Positions 9,187 to 19,900 of a stretch of DNA of 32,000 nt are shown here, piece after piece. A program made the position numbers and the translations under genes. Below the pieces are notes generated by a model. That model did not search any database. It had not been told where the DNA came from and was given only the letters and a program-made list of their open reading frames with translations. Position 1 is the stretch's first letter; each line of letters starts with the position of its first letter. Source of the DNA: an uncultured Nitrososphaerota archaeon (GTDB lineage Archaea; Korarchaeota; Korarchaeia; Korarchaeales; Korarchaeaceae); assembly GCA_964480775.1 (NCBI GenBank), contig CAYZRF010000009.1:34364-66363 (forward strand), read 5' to 3'.

Positions 9187-10158
9187 CTATACTATCTCTT
9201 TAATGGTTTTCACTATGTCATCACTCCAAACCATATATTGTTTTTCCAACGGAGGAGAAAAGGGTATAGGGACGTCAGGGGATGTAACTCTCATTATTGG
9301 CGCATCTAAGTAATCAAATGCTCCCTCCACTATGGTTGCTGTGAGTTCTGCTGTCACACTTCCTGTTTTGTGATCGTCTGCGGCTACTACAGCTCTGCCA
9401 GTCTTCTTAACAGAATCTACGATTGTTTTTCTGTCTAGTGGGCTCAAAGTCCTTGGATCTATGACTTCAACGCTAATTCCATCTCTTTCAAGCTCTTCAG
9501 CTGCTTTTAATGCTTCAACAACCATTCTAGAAACAGCTACCACCGTAACATCTTCTCCCTCCTTTTTTATGTCTGCAGAGCCTAATGGAATCTCATAAGG
9601 TTCTTCTGGCACTGGTCCTTTGGATCTGTATAGAAGGCCACACTCTATAAACAGAACTGGGTTATCATCCCTTATAGCGCTTATTAGCATTCCTTTGGCA
9701 TCATAAGGCGTAGAAGGTAGCGCCACCTTAAGCCCTGGTACGTTCATGTACCAAACAGGGAAGAACTCAGAGTGTTGAGACGCATGAGCTCTTCCTAAGC
9801 TATATTGAGTTCTAACAACTATTGGGACTCTTAGCTTTCCTCCAGAGGTAAAGGACATTTTAGCTGCCTGGACCACCAGTTGTTCGGTGGCAATCGGCAG
9901 AAAGTCCATGTACATTATCTCGGCTACTGGCCTTAAGCCCATAAGAGCTGCTCCTATTGCTGCTCCAACTATCGCTGCCTCTGAGATGGGGGTATCCCTG
10001 ACCCTCTCCTGACCGAACTCGTCCAATAGACCTTTTAATACTTTAAAGGCGCCCCCATAAACCCCAATGTCTTCTCCAAGAAGAAAGACATTTTGATCTC
10101 TTTGCATTTCCTGCCTTAAAGCTTCTCTTATTGCTTCTGCATAGGTGATTTCCCTCAT
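9187..10158 (-). CDS. 2-oxoacid dehydrogenase E1 component, beta subunit
   Basis: 323 aa with the typical E1-beta N-terminus (ITYAEAIREAL..EDIGVYGGAFKVLKGL..RVRDTPISE) and a transketolase C-terminal-like domain. Overlaps the E1 alpha stop by 4 nt. Confidence 0.9.
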   Translation of the reverse strand: MREITYAEAIREALRQEMQRDQNVFLLGEDIGVYGGAFKVLKGLLDEFGQERVRDTPISEAAIVGAAIGAALMGLRPVAEIMYMDFLPIATEQLVVQAAKMSFTSGGKLRVPIVVRTQYSLGRAHASQHSEFFPVWYMNVPGLKVALPSTPYDAKGMLISAIRDDNPVLFIECGLLYRSKGPVPEEPYEIPLGSADIKKEGEDVTVVAVSRMVVEALKAAEELERDGISVEVIDPRTLSPLDRKTIVDSVKKTGRAVVAADDHKTGSVTAELTATIVEGAFDYLDAPIMRVTSPDVPIPFSPPLEKQYMVWSDDIVKTIKEIV

Positions 10159-11183
10159 CTAAATGTCACCTCCTCAAGAATGTCGAAAGGTGGAAAATCA
10201 CTTCTTTTAGAAAATTCCACGGCTTCTTCTATCTCTTCTCTAACCTCGCGCTCAAGTTTTTTGAGTTCTTCGCTGGATAGTATTCTGAGTTCCAATAACA
10301 ATCTTGAGAACCTATTTATGGGATCTAGCTCTTGCCATCTTTTTTCCTCTTCTTTAGATCGATACTCAGCTTTGTCATAAACTCCATGGCCTTTCATTCT
10401 GTAGGTTAAAAACTCAATTAACGTCGGACCTTCTCCTCTTTCTGCTCGCTCTTTCGCCTTTATAGCAGCCTTATAGACCGATAGAACGTCATTTCCGTCC
10501 ACGATCATACCTGGAATCCCGTATGCAATAGCCCTAAAAGCAACTCTTCCGCAAGTAACTGCCTTGTTCGCAGGCATCGATATCGCATATTGATTATTTT
10601 CACATGCAAAAATTACAGGAAGCTTCCAAAATGAAGCAAGATTAAGGGCTTCGTGCCAAGCACCAGTGTTTGCCGCTCCATCGCTAAAGAAAGCTACTGA
10701 AACTCCTGATTTTCCGCTGTATTTTAAAGCCAAGCCCGCTCCTACAGCAATAGGCACGCTGCTACCAACTATTGCTGATGCCCACATCGCTCCTTTTTCA
10801 GGATCTATGCATGCATGCATAGATCCGCCAAGCCCTTTGCAAACACCAGTAACTTTGCCAAACAATTCGGCCATCACTTCTTTTGGAGAAATATCCATTG
10901 CTAGGGCGTGACCATGACCTCTGTGTGTGCTAAAAACATAGCCATTTCCCTTTATCGCAGAACAGACTCCAACTGCTATTGCTTCCTCGCCAAAATAGAG
11001 GTGAGCCGCTCCCTTTAAGGCAGCTTCGTATACATAGAGTTTTTCTACTTTTTCTTCAAATATCCTTATCTCTAACATTTTTCTGAGCATTTGAATCAAT
11101 TCACTTTTCTCTAATCCTATTTCGTAAATTTCCGAAGGATCTATCCCTTTTATTTCCTCTATTTCCCATTCTAGTTTAGTCAA
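10155..11183 (-). CDS. 2-oxoacid dehydrogenase E1 component, alpha subunit (TPP-dependent; PDH/BCKDH/acetoin family)
   Basis: 342 aa with a TTG start. TPP-binding region VAFFSDGAANTGAWHEALNLA...ENNQYAIS, plus HRGHGHALA. First gene of the E1alpha-E1beta-E2 operon. Confidence 0.9.
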   Translation of the reverse strand: MTKLEWEIEEIKGIDPSEIYEIGLEKSELIQMLRKMLEIRIFEEKVEKLYVYEAALKGAAHLYFGEEAIAVGVCSAIKGNGYVFSTHRGHGHALAMDISPKEVMAELFGKVTGVCKGLGGSMHACIDPEKGAMWASAIVGSSVPIAVGAGLALKYSGKSGVSVAFFSDGAANTGAWHEALNLASFWKLPVIFACENNQYAISMPANKAVTCGRVAFRAIAYGIPGMIVDGNDVLSVYKAAIKAKERAERGEGPTLIEFLTYRMKGHGVYDKAEYRSKEEEKRWQELDPINRFSRLLLELRILSSEELKKLEREVREEIEEAVEFSKRSDFPPFDILEEVTFR

Positions 11184-11388
11184 GACCTTATCCCAAGGTG
11201 ATTTCAGGCCTTTACTATTATATTTTTGTGATAATGGTTTTCAGCAACCATTAACTCGAAGGTAAAGGTAAAAAGATCCAAAGGATACATTGATCGTCCT
11301 TACAGTTAAAAGTGCTTTAACAGGAATGATAATGTAGGATACTAGGTAGAAGAACGAGGCCCCGAGATGATGTCAAGGAGGGACAGAG

Positions 11389-11664
11389 ATGGCTAGGGTG
11401 GAAACGACTGTAAAGCTCCTGAACAAGGTAGGACTACATGCCAGACCAGCATCGTTATTTGTTCAAGCCGCAAAGAAGTTTAAGTCTCAAATCAAAGTCA
11501 AGAAAGATGGAAATGAAGTTGACGCAAAGAGCATCCTAGGAGTTTTATCCTTAGGGGCTGAATGCGGACATACCATAACAATTACTGCAGAAGGACCTGA
11601 TGCAGAAGAAGCGATTAATGAGCTTGTCTCTTTGGTTAAGAACAAGTTCGGGGAGGAAGAGTAA
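11389..11664 (+). CDS. ptsH: PTS phosphocarrier protein HPr
   Basis: 91 aa. The active-site His15 motif is in NKVGLHARPAS, and the Ser46-region motif is DAKSILGVLSLG. A Shine-Dalgarno-like AGGAGGG (11376-11382) lies 6 nt upstream of the ATG. Confidence 0.9.
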   Translation: MARVETTVKLLNKVGLHARPASLFVQAAKKFKSQIKVKKDGNEVDAKSILGVLSLGAECGHTITITAEGPDAEEAINELVSLVKNKFGEEE

Positions 11665-11666
11665 CA

Positions 11667-13388
11667 GTGGAAAAACTAAAAGGAATACCAGCATCGCCAG
11701 GCATAGCAATTGGAAGGGCCTTCATATTCAAGAGTGAAAGGAGGGAGGTTGTGAAAAAAGAGATTCCTCCCGAGCTTATTGATACGGAAATAAATAGATT
11801 TAATCAAAGTTTAGGGAAAGCAAAAGAATTTCTAACAGAATTGATGGAAAAAGTTAGAAGAGAGGTAGGAGAGGAGGAGGCGAAGATTTACGAGGCTCAA
11901 CTAATGATGCTTGAGGACGAATCTTCATTTATCGAACCAGTGAAGAAGATGATTTCTAATAAGAAAGTTTGCGCAGAGTTTGCCGTTGAAAAAGTTCTCG
12001 ATGAGATTATTGCCATATTCAAGAAAATGGATAACGAGTACATGAGAGAACGCGCAACTGACGTTAAAGACGTAAAAGAACTCGTAATAAGCTTTCTGTC
12101 TGGAAAAAAGAGAGGAGTCAAAGAATTAACAACAAAGTGTGTTATAGTAGCAAGTGAACTCTTACCGAGCGACATAGCTGCTCTTAACAAAAGAATGGTC
12201 TTGGCGTTTGTGACAGAGACTGGAGGATCTACCTCTCATGTCGCGATAATAGCTAGGACTCTTAAGATTCCAGCAGTGGTAGGGATAGAGAACCTGTCTA
12301 ACAGGGTTAAAGAAGGAGACATGCTTATCGTTGATGGATATGAGGGATTATTATTACTCAATCCAACAGAGGAGATTGTGTCTCTCTATCAAAAGAAGAA
12401 GAAAGAAGGGGAAGTAATGTTCGTTGAACTGGTTAAAGAAGCAAAACTACCAGCAACTACAAAAGATGGATTTAGATTTAAGGTCTTTGCTAATGTTGGC
12501 AATTTGGAAGATGTAAAAAAAGCAATTGAGTATGGGGCTGAAGGCATAGGTCTTCTTAGGACGGAATTCATGTATACGGAAAGAGAAAATATGCCTACCG
12601 AAGAAGAACTCTTTCAAACCTTTCTCGAAATAAGCAAGTTAATGGGCGACAAACCAATCATCATCAGAACTTTGGATATCGGGTGTGATAAGCCGCTTCC
12701 ATATCTTGAAATGCCCAAGGAAGCAAACCCTTTCCTTGGCTGGAGGGGTATTAGATTAACTCTAGAAAACCCTGAGATACTAAAAATCCAGTTTAGAGCG
12801 GTCTTGAGAGCTTCAACAAAAGGGACCTTCAAGATTATGTTTCCCATGGTAACAACGTTGGAGGAAGTCGTAAAGGCAAAAGAAATTTTAAAAGAAGTCT
12901 CAAAAGAGTTAAGTATCGAAAAAATCTCTTTTAAAGAAGTTAAAGTAGGAACTATGATCGAAACTCCAGCTTCAGCTATGATTGTAGATATCCTTGCTAA
13001 GGAGGTGGATTTCTTTAGCATTGGAACTAATGATTTGGTTCAGTATCTAATGGCTGCAGATCGAGGAAACGCAAGAGTTTCAGGACTCTATAGGCCTTTT
13101 CATCCAGCAGTTTTAAGGATGATACACAAAATAATTGAGGATGCTCATAAAGCTGGAAAAGAAGTTGGAATGTGTGGAGAAATGGCATCAGATCCAAAAG
13201 CAATTCCTATCCTTGTAGGAATGGGTTTGGACGAGTTTAGCATGAGTCCGTCTTCGATTCCGAGGGCTAAAAAAGTGATAAGGTCCATAAGTAAAAAGGA
13301 GGCTGTTAACCTCCTGCGAGAAGTCTTAAAGGCTAAGACTATTTCAAATGTATTAGAAAAAGTTTCAAAATTTAGAATTGAGTTTTGA
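11667..13388 (+). CDS. ptsI: PTS Enzyme I (PEP-protein phosphotransferase)
   Basis: 573 aa with a GTG start 2 nt after the HPr stop. Phospho-His motif TETGGSTSHVAIIARTLKIPAVVG, a PEP-utilising TIM barrel (LGLLRTEF, SIGTNDLVQY) and the catalytic Cys in GMCGEMASDP. Confidence 0.93.
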   Translation: MEKLKGIPASPGIAIGRAFIFKSERREVVKKEIPPELIDTEINRFNQSLGKAKEFLTELMEKVRREVGEEEAKIYEAQLMMLEDESSFIEPVKKMISNKKVCAEFAVEKVLDEIIAIFKKMDNEYMRERATDVKDVKELVISFLSGKKRGVKELTTKCVIVASELLPSDIAALNKRMVLAFVTETGGSTSHVAIIARTLKIPAVVGIENLSNRVKEGDMLIVDGYEGLLLLNPTEEIVSLYQKKKKEGEVMFVELVKEAKLPATTKDGFRFKVFANVGNLEDVKKAIEYGAEGIGLLRTEFMYTERENMPTEEELFQTFLEISKLMGDKPIIIRTLDIGCDKPLPYLEMPKEANPFLGWRGIRLTLENPEILKIQFRAVLRASTKGTFKIMFPMVTTLEEVVKAKEILKEVSKELSIEKISFKEVKVGTMIETPASAMIVDILAKEVDFFSIGTNDLVQYLMAADRGNARVSGLYRPFHPAVLRMIHKIIEDAHKAGKEVGMCGEMASDPKAIPILVGMGLDEFSMSPSSIPRAKKVIRSISKKEAVNLLREVLKAKTISNVLEKVSKFRIEF

Positions 13389-13403
13389 TCTTCTTATTGG
13401 GTT

Positions 13404-13435
13404 ATCTAGCCGAGCATTCATTTTTAAAGCTAGAT
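13404..13435 (+). terminator. Hairpin with an internal T-run downstream of ptsI
   Basis: atctagc (13404-13410) and gctagat (13429-13435) are perfect 7-nt inverted repeats. They flank cgagcattcatttttaaa, which contains a T5 run, and lie 16 nt after the ptsI stop. Confidence 0.35.
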
Positions 13436-13496
13436 ATGCAAGCAAGTACAAAACAGTTGAAGCATTGTTTATTACGAGAGCAATGTACAATAAGCT

Positions 13497-13745
13497 ATGC
13501 CTAAATTTCATGTACGCATCCAAAGAGAAGAGTGCATTATGGATGGTGTTTGTTGGTCGTTGTGTCCTGATGTATTTGAAGCTAATTCTGAGGATGGGAA
13601 GTCCCAAATAACGAAAAAATATAGGATAAATAACAGGATAGATGATGGAGAGGTTCTAGAGAATTTGGAAGCTTGCGTTAAAGAGGCTTCTATGGCTTGT
13701 CCTGTACAGATAATACGCGTTGAGGAATTCGGAGACAATGATTAA
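13497..13745 (+). CDS. Small monocluster ferredoxin (Pyrococcus furiosus Fd type)
   Basis: CIMDGVCWSLCPDVFE ... ACPVQIIRVEE. The pattern C-x2-D-x2-C-x3-CP plus a distal CP matches the P. furiosus ferredoxin arrangement, which has Asp in the second ligand position. The extra Cys pair (SLC / EAC) is also present. Confidence 0.75.
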   Translation: MPKFHVRIQREECIMDGVCWSLCPDVFEANSEDGKSQITKKYRINNRIDDGEVLENLEACVKEASMACPVQIIRVEEFGDND

Positions 13746-13930
13746 ACGTAGAACTCATCATAAGGGCTAAAAGTTCTAGAAAATAAGAACTTGAAAATCT
13801 TTAATTTTCCATTTAGAGAGCCGAGTTCTAACAGATGTGTTAAGATTATTAACTTATTACTAATCGCATGTAGAAGCCAATAAGCCAAAGACCCAGATAG
13901 AAACCGAACATGGGAATTGATTAATGGCGG

Positions 13931-13946
13931 AAATTTAAATAAAATA
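13931..13946 (+). promoter_or_regulatory. Archaeal TATA-like box of the giant surface-protein gene
   Basis: aaatttaaataaaata is centred about 27 nt upstream of GTG 13965, the spacing expected for a leaderless mRNA. Confidence 0.5.
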
Positions 13947-13964
13947 GGGGAAAAGTGATCAAAT

Positions 13965-16900
13965 GTGCCAGATGTAGAGAGAGGTGTTGATATAAGACTT
14001 CTCGTTGTATCTTTGGTGCTATTTTTATTTGTACTTAATTCTTTTTCCTTATACGTCTATACTTACGCGCAGTCTTCTTCTAGAGGAAATTTTGGACCCT
14101 CTCTTAGTATTAACCCTAGAAATCAAGGCCATATTCCCTTTCTTCAAAGGATCGAGGACATCTCAATTGAAGTCGATCTAGATGCACCTCAAGAGGTTGG
14201 AGAGTGCTCTCCTTCTACTTTTATCATAGAAGTTAAGAATACAGGGAATGAGACGGCAAAAAACCTGAATGTAACTAATGTAATGCCTGAGGGATTCTTT
14301 TATCAAGAAGGCAGTTCTTCAATAAATGGAACCCCCCATGAGCCCACCCAGAGTGGTAGAAATCTTACTTGGAGCATAGGAGATGTTACTCCTAACCAGA
14401 CTTTTATCTTAGAATTTAACTTAACTGCTGGATGTGAAGCACATACCGGGGCAGTAGACAAGGCCGTTGTAGAATATTCAAATGGGACTCACACAGATTA
14501 CAGGGAAGATGAATCGTTGGGAATTAAAGTCCTTCATCCTTCTCTTGTCGTTTACAAAGAACCTATTGTGATTCCAGCCCATAAAGGGGACATCGTGAAC
14601 TGGACCGTCAGGGTCAAGAACGAGGGATTTTTCGCAGCCTCAAACGTGACGATTTTAGATTCTTTGGGGAGTGGTCTTTCCCTTAATTCTTCGAATCCAT
14701 CTTATAACGGTTCTTTCCCTAATGGGACCATCTATTGGACCAATATCTCCCTAGATGTGGGTGAAGAGTTTGTTATTCAGCTCAAAGTAAAAGTTGTAGG
14801 TTGCGAGAATCTTACCAACGAAGTTAGAGCCTATCCCACGTGCAATGGTCAAGTTTGTAGAAGGGTTGATGGGGTCCTAACAGAGCTTCCAAACACTCTT
14901 GCTTCCATAGAGTTTCTCAAAAGAGTTCCAAACATACAAATTACTTCATCCACATTAAATCCAAGTCTAATAGGACCATGTAGTCCCTCAAACTTCACAA
15001 TTTTCTTGGAAAATCAAGGAACCGGAGCTTCTTATTCAACCAACGTTACACTTGAATTGAGAGGTGGATTACAGTATGTAAACGGGAGCGGAAATCCAAC
15101 TCCTACTGTTAATGGCGAAGTCTTAACGTTTCATATAGGTACAATAGAGCCTGGAGGAACCAGTAAGATATCCATGAACTTGTCCATCCCTTGTGGGACA
15201 AGCGGGACAAAACAGATTTTGATTCATATGAGATATTTCGATGAATGTGATAATCTTTGGCTCCCTCCAAGCACTTACCTTGGTGTTGATACATCTTCGC
15301 CATCGGTAAGCGTCAGCAAAACTGGACCTCATGAAATAATCAACACAAGTTCTGGAGAGGTTTATACGGTAGATGTGGCTTGTAACGGCCTTAATCTCTG
15401 TCAAAACGCCCATGTGATTGTTAATGATTCAATACCTTCAATGCTCACTTACGTGAACAGCACCCCTCCGGGAAATTACGATCCAGTCAAAAACACCGTA
15501 ACCTGGAATCTATCTGCAGGGAACTATACACTAAACATCACATTGAAGCCCTCTCCTTCAGCAGGATGTGGGGATCATGGGATGAACGAAGTTACTGCAA
15601 CGCTATTCTGCTGTAAAAATTGTAGCATTTCGGATTCCTCTTCCATATCCATAAGAGTAACCTGTTCTGAAATTCCGTCAGATTGTTTTCAAATAAGGTC
15701 ATTCTCAAATCAGTCCTCTGTAGAACCCTGTAAAGGGTTGAACTACACCTCGACCATCAATTTTCTGGTCGATGGTATAAATTCCACTCGTTCCAACATG
15801 ATATATTTCCATTACAATGAAAATGGGTTGAAGGAGGAGTACGTTGGTCCAGCTTACCTCTACCTTCCAAACGGGACTCAAGTTGCATTAGGTCCGCCTT
15901 TGCAGAATTCAACATGCCTGAGCTGGAATCTCAGCTCTTTGAACTTCATAGTCAATTCCGGAGACTCCATAAACATAACGTATGTCCTCAGAGTGAAGTG
16001 CAACGCTTCTTCATACATTCACGACGTCCAAGGATTCTCAATGACAGCAAGGGACTCTGCTGGAAACGACCTTAATTGCTCCGGTGTTGCGAGATGGGCA
16101 GCCTATATCTTGATCATAAGGGCCTCTATGTCGATTTCTGAGGAAATACCTCCCCTTCTGGACTTGTGTAGGGAGAGAGAGTATGAGGTGAGAGTAGAAG
16201 GTGCCACCAGCGCAAATCCGGGGTATAATGTTACCGTGGCAAAATACGTTCCTCCTAACTTCATTTATAACTCTACTACAGAAGTAGAGTTCTCGAACGG
16301 AACTATAGTCCAAGTCACTCCTTATTTTGAGAACAGATGGCTAATTTGGAATAAATCAATCGTTTCCCAGCTTTCTAAGGTTGACTGTGATTTTTGGATA
16401 AGAGTAAATATGACTGCATGCTACAACAGGACCCCTGGCTTCCACTTTAAGGCAAATCTTACATGGGATGATTACTGTTTATATATTGGAGGGTGTACAC
16501 CGGATTGTACTTGTAGACGTACGGACATATATGACAGCGGTTCAATTCTCATCCTGAAACCTGAGTTCGTTATACTTAAGACTCCAGAGGTTATTTATGC
16601 TATACAACAAGAAGTAAAATGGAGGATTCAGCTCTCAAATGTAGGAAACGGCTCTGCATATTCACCAGCTTTCAAGCTTGTCGATCTCCTTGGAGAGGGT
16701 CTCGTATGCGTTGGAACTGACTTGCCAACTGGTTGGTCTGCAACTATCTCGCCTGACAGAAGAAACGTGACCTTTACTGCTCAATCCCTTGACGCAGGGG
16801 AGACTGTCGAGTTTAACTTGACCGCTAAGATGGTTAAGTGTGAGGGACTAACGAACAATGTCTCTGCTTTGTGGGGATGCTGCGGTAAATGGTTCCAGAT

Positions 16901-19900
16901 GGATTTCGATAACTCTTCCGTAGAGGTCCCATCGGCAGCAGTATCAATCACAGATCACTTAGAACCGCAAGCAGCCAAACTTTGTTACGATCAAAAAGTA
17001 ACAGTTAAGCTGAAGAACGTAGGTAAAGTTGCCATCTATAACTGTACCTTAAACTATACGCTTCCAAATTGCTATGTCTACAATAGCAATGTCCAGGCCT
17101 ATGTGAACGGAACTCCATTTAATCCAAATCTCTCAGGCAATAGATGGGCGCTCTGGAACTTCACGCAAACAACATTCGATGAAATTCTTCCGAATGAGTT
17201 TACAGAAATCGTTTTTAACGCAACAGCAACGTGTCCATGCGACATAGATAATTCTGGTGGCTACTCAGCAACGTTACTTTCCTATGCCAAAGCCTGTGGA
17301 CAAGTCGTCGGTCCATTCAATTACACTGGAACTGCGCTTTACACAGTAGATGCTCCGGACATCTACCTTGTAGTCCCATCCTATATCTGTGGGGAGGCCG
17401 GAGATATTGTATGGTGGAATTTAACAATTAGAAATAGAGGAAGTGCTACTGCAGAGCTTGTTAATGTTACGGTCGAGATTCCGGCAAGCGTTTCAGTGAT
17501 ATCTACGATTCCTGCTCCAGACTCAGTTGCAGGCAACATTTACACCTGGTTAACTCAGTCAGTTGGTGGTAAGGTTCCTGACATACCCCCGAACGGGGAA
17601 TTTGAGATAGACATGCGCGTTAGGGTTGATGATTGTGATCCTCAAGATTATCTTAAAGTGAAGATAGAAGATGGTTGCCCTGGATGTTTCTTTGAAAGGG
17701 AATGGTACAATAATACTACCTATGTCCACAGTCAACCATTCCCACCCGAAATACATCAAGACTTAGAACCTGTTAACGCGTGTGGAAATGCAACATATAA
17801 AGTGCAAGTAGCAAACGAAGATCCCTGTCTCTCGTTGTACGCAACTCAACAAGGCGCAAATTATGTCCTAACTTTCCTCGATTATCTGCCAACCGGGATA
17901 TCATACAGAGGCGAGTCAGGCGACTGGGATGTCCTATTCCATGATAATGAGACGGGATCAAACACTAGCATGAATGCCAATACGATTTTTTCTTATGATC
18001 AGGTTAATAACGTCATAAACTGGACGATCGTCCTCTCATCTTTTGAGATGACACCTGGAGATTATTTCATATTCACCTTCAACGTTACATCTCAGATCTG
18101 TGATCTTTCGTCAGGAAATAACGTGTTTCAGGCTACAAAGTTCAAAGATTCTTGCGGATATGATATTTCAGCAAGTAACACCGCTAGAGCACCGATTTTA
18201 TTACCAGATCTATCGATATCCAAGACTCCTAGCGTTCAATACGGTGATCTTTACGATCAGGTTTGCTGGAACATACGGGTCACCAACAACGGTAACGGCA
18301 CTGCCTACAATGTTACAATATGGGATGTACTCTGCCAAGCTTTGTCTTTTGATGAGAATGCTCAAGCATCAACAACGCCCTGGGACCTAGTTTATCTCCC
18401 TGGGGTTAATGCGTCCGGGGCTGAGACGACTATAGTCTGGAAGAATAGAGTTATACCACCTGGAGGTTATGTCACATTAGTCCTATGCGCAAATATCTCG
18501 GCTTGTCCTGTTCCTCCACAACACCCATACGATGATGCTTATGCGAACTGGGGGTGTGACTCCTACTGTAATTACTCAACTCCAGTCCATGCTCATGCCG
18601 ATGTCTACATGTATGGAGTTCCAAGTCCACTCTCGAAGTCTCCGACGTCATTTAATGTTTGTGGAAATGAAACGATAGAAATTTCAGTAACCAACGCAGG
18701 CGCGACGATGTTTGGAATATGCATAAATGAAACGCTTCCGTATGGTCTTGATCCCATTTTCATTGACACCTCAGGAAATGTTCTTGCAAACGTTACCTTA
18801 GGGACGACTACCTACTATAACGTGCCGAGTAACTATACTGTAAGTGTTTCAGGGCTGTACGAAAGAATAATTTGGAATCTAACGAAAATTAATGTTTCAC
18901 AAGGTCAAACACTATATTTGAGATTTAGGGTTCATGCAAATTGTAGTTTTGATTTCTCTACTGAGACAGTTAACATCACGTATTGGGACTCCTGTGGAGA
19001 AGTTTATTCTATGGAGAGAGAAGATCTCCTCAGGCCCCTCAGACCAGATTTATCGATAAGCTATAAGACTAAAACCCAGCCAGCTGGTAGACCCGATAGA
19101 TTTGAACTTGTTGAGTGGGAAATTCATGTGATAAACTCTGGAGACGGGGATCTTTACTTCTTAAACGTTTCAGACAAGTTGGGATCTCAATTCAAATTTA
19201 TTTCATCATCACCCTCTCCAGATTGGGTTGATGACCCATTAGACCCTCACATCCTAAAGTGGAGTTTTGACTGGAGTAGCAGTCCGTTATCTCCTGGAGA
19301 TGAATACGTAATAACTATCAGGGCGAACCTTACTGGTTGTGCAGAGCCCGGATGGAACAATGCATCTCTAGTTTGGGGTTGTGATTCTGTAGCTTGTGCA
19401 CCAATTTCTTGGGCAAATAGCTCCGTTGAGAGAGCAAAACCCGACCTAGTTGTTTCTTATTCATCTCCGCCCTTCTTGATCTGTGGAAATACTACTGTCA
19501 ATTTCTACGTTACAAATATTGGTGATGGGTCTGCTTTTGGATTTAACTCCAGCCAGCCATTTAAATTGAGATATCTCTTCCCTGTAAGAGCTCCAAATCT
19601 TGATTGCATGAAATATGTTTCCGGAAGCACGAACATCTCGTTCTCAAACGGGACCATAATACATCCAGAGCCTCAGATATTGATGGTTGGGGGAGAGAAG
19701 TTCCTTGAATGGAACCTGTATTGGATACAAGTTGGACCTGGAGAACGGATAAATGTCAGCTTTAAGGTCATTGCCTCTTGCTGTTTCCAAAAAGGAGACA
19801 ATGGTTCGGCATATGCTAGCTGGTATGACTTATGTGGTAATTTCGGTGAAGACGAGGATATAGATGCGGCCTCTCAAATACTAATTCCGGACATTTCCTT

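Noticed and set aside
13365-13611. ORFs on both strands (13378-13611 + and 13365-13607 -) spanning the ptsI-ferredoxin spacer.
   Set aside because: They overlap each other and the well-supported ferredoxin start, have atypical composition, and cover an AT-rich promoter/terminator region.
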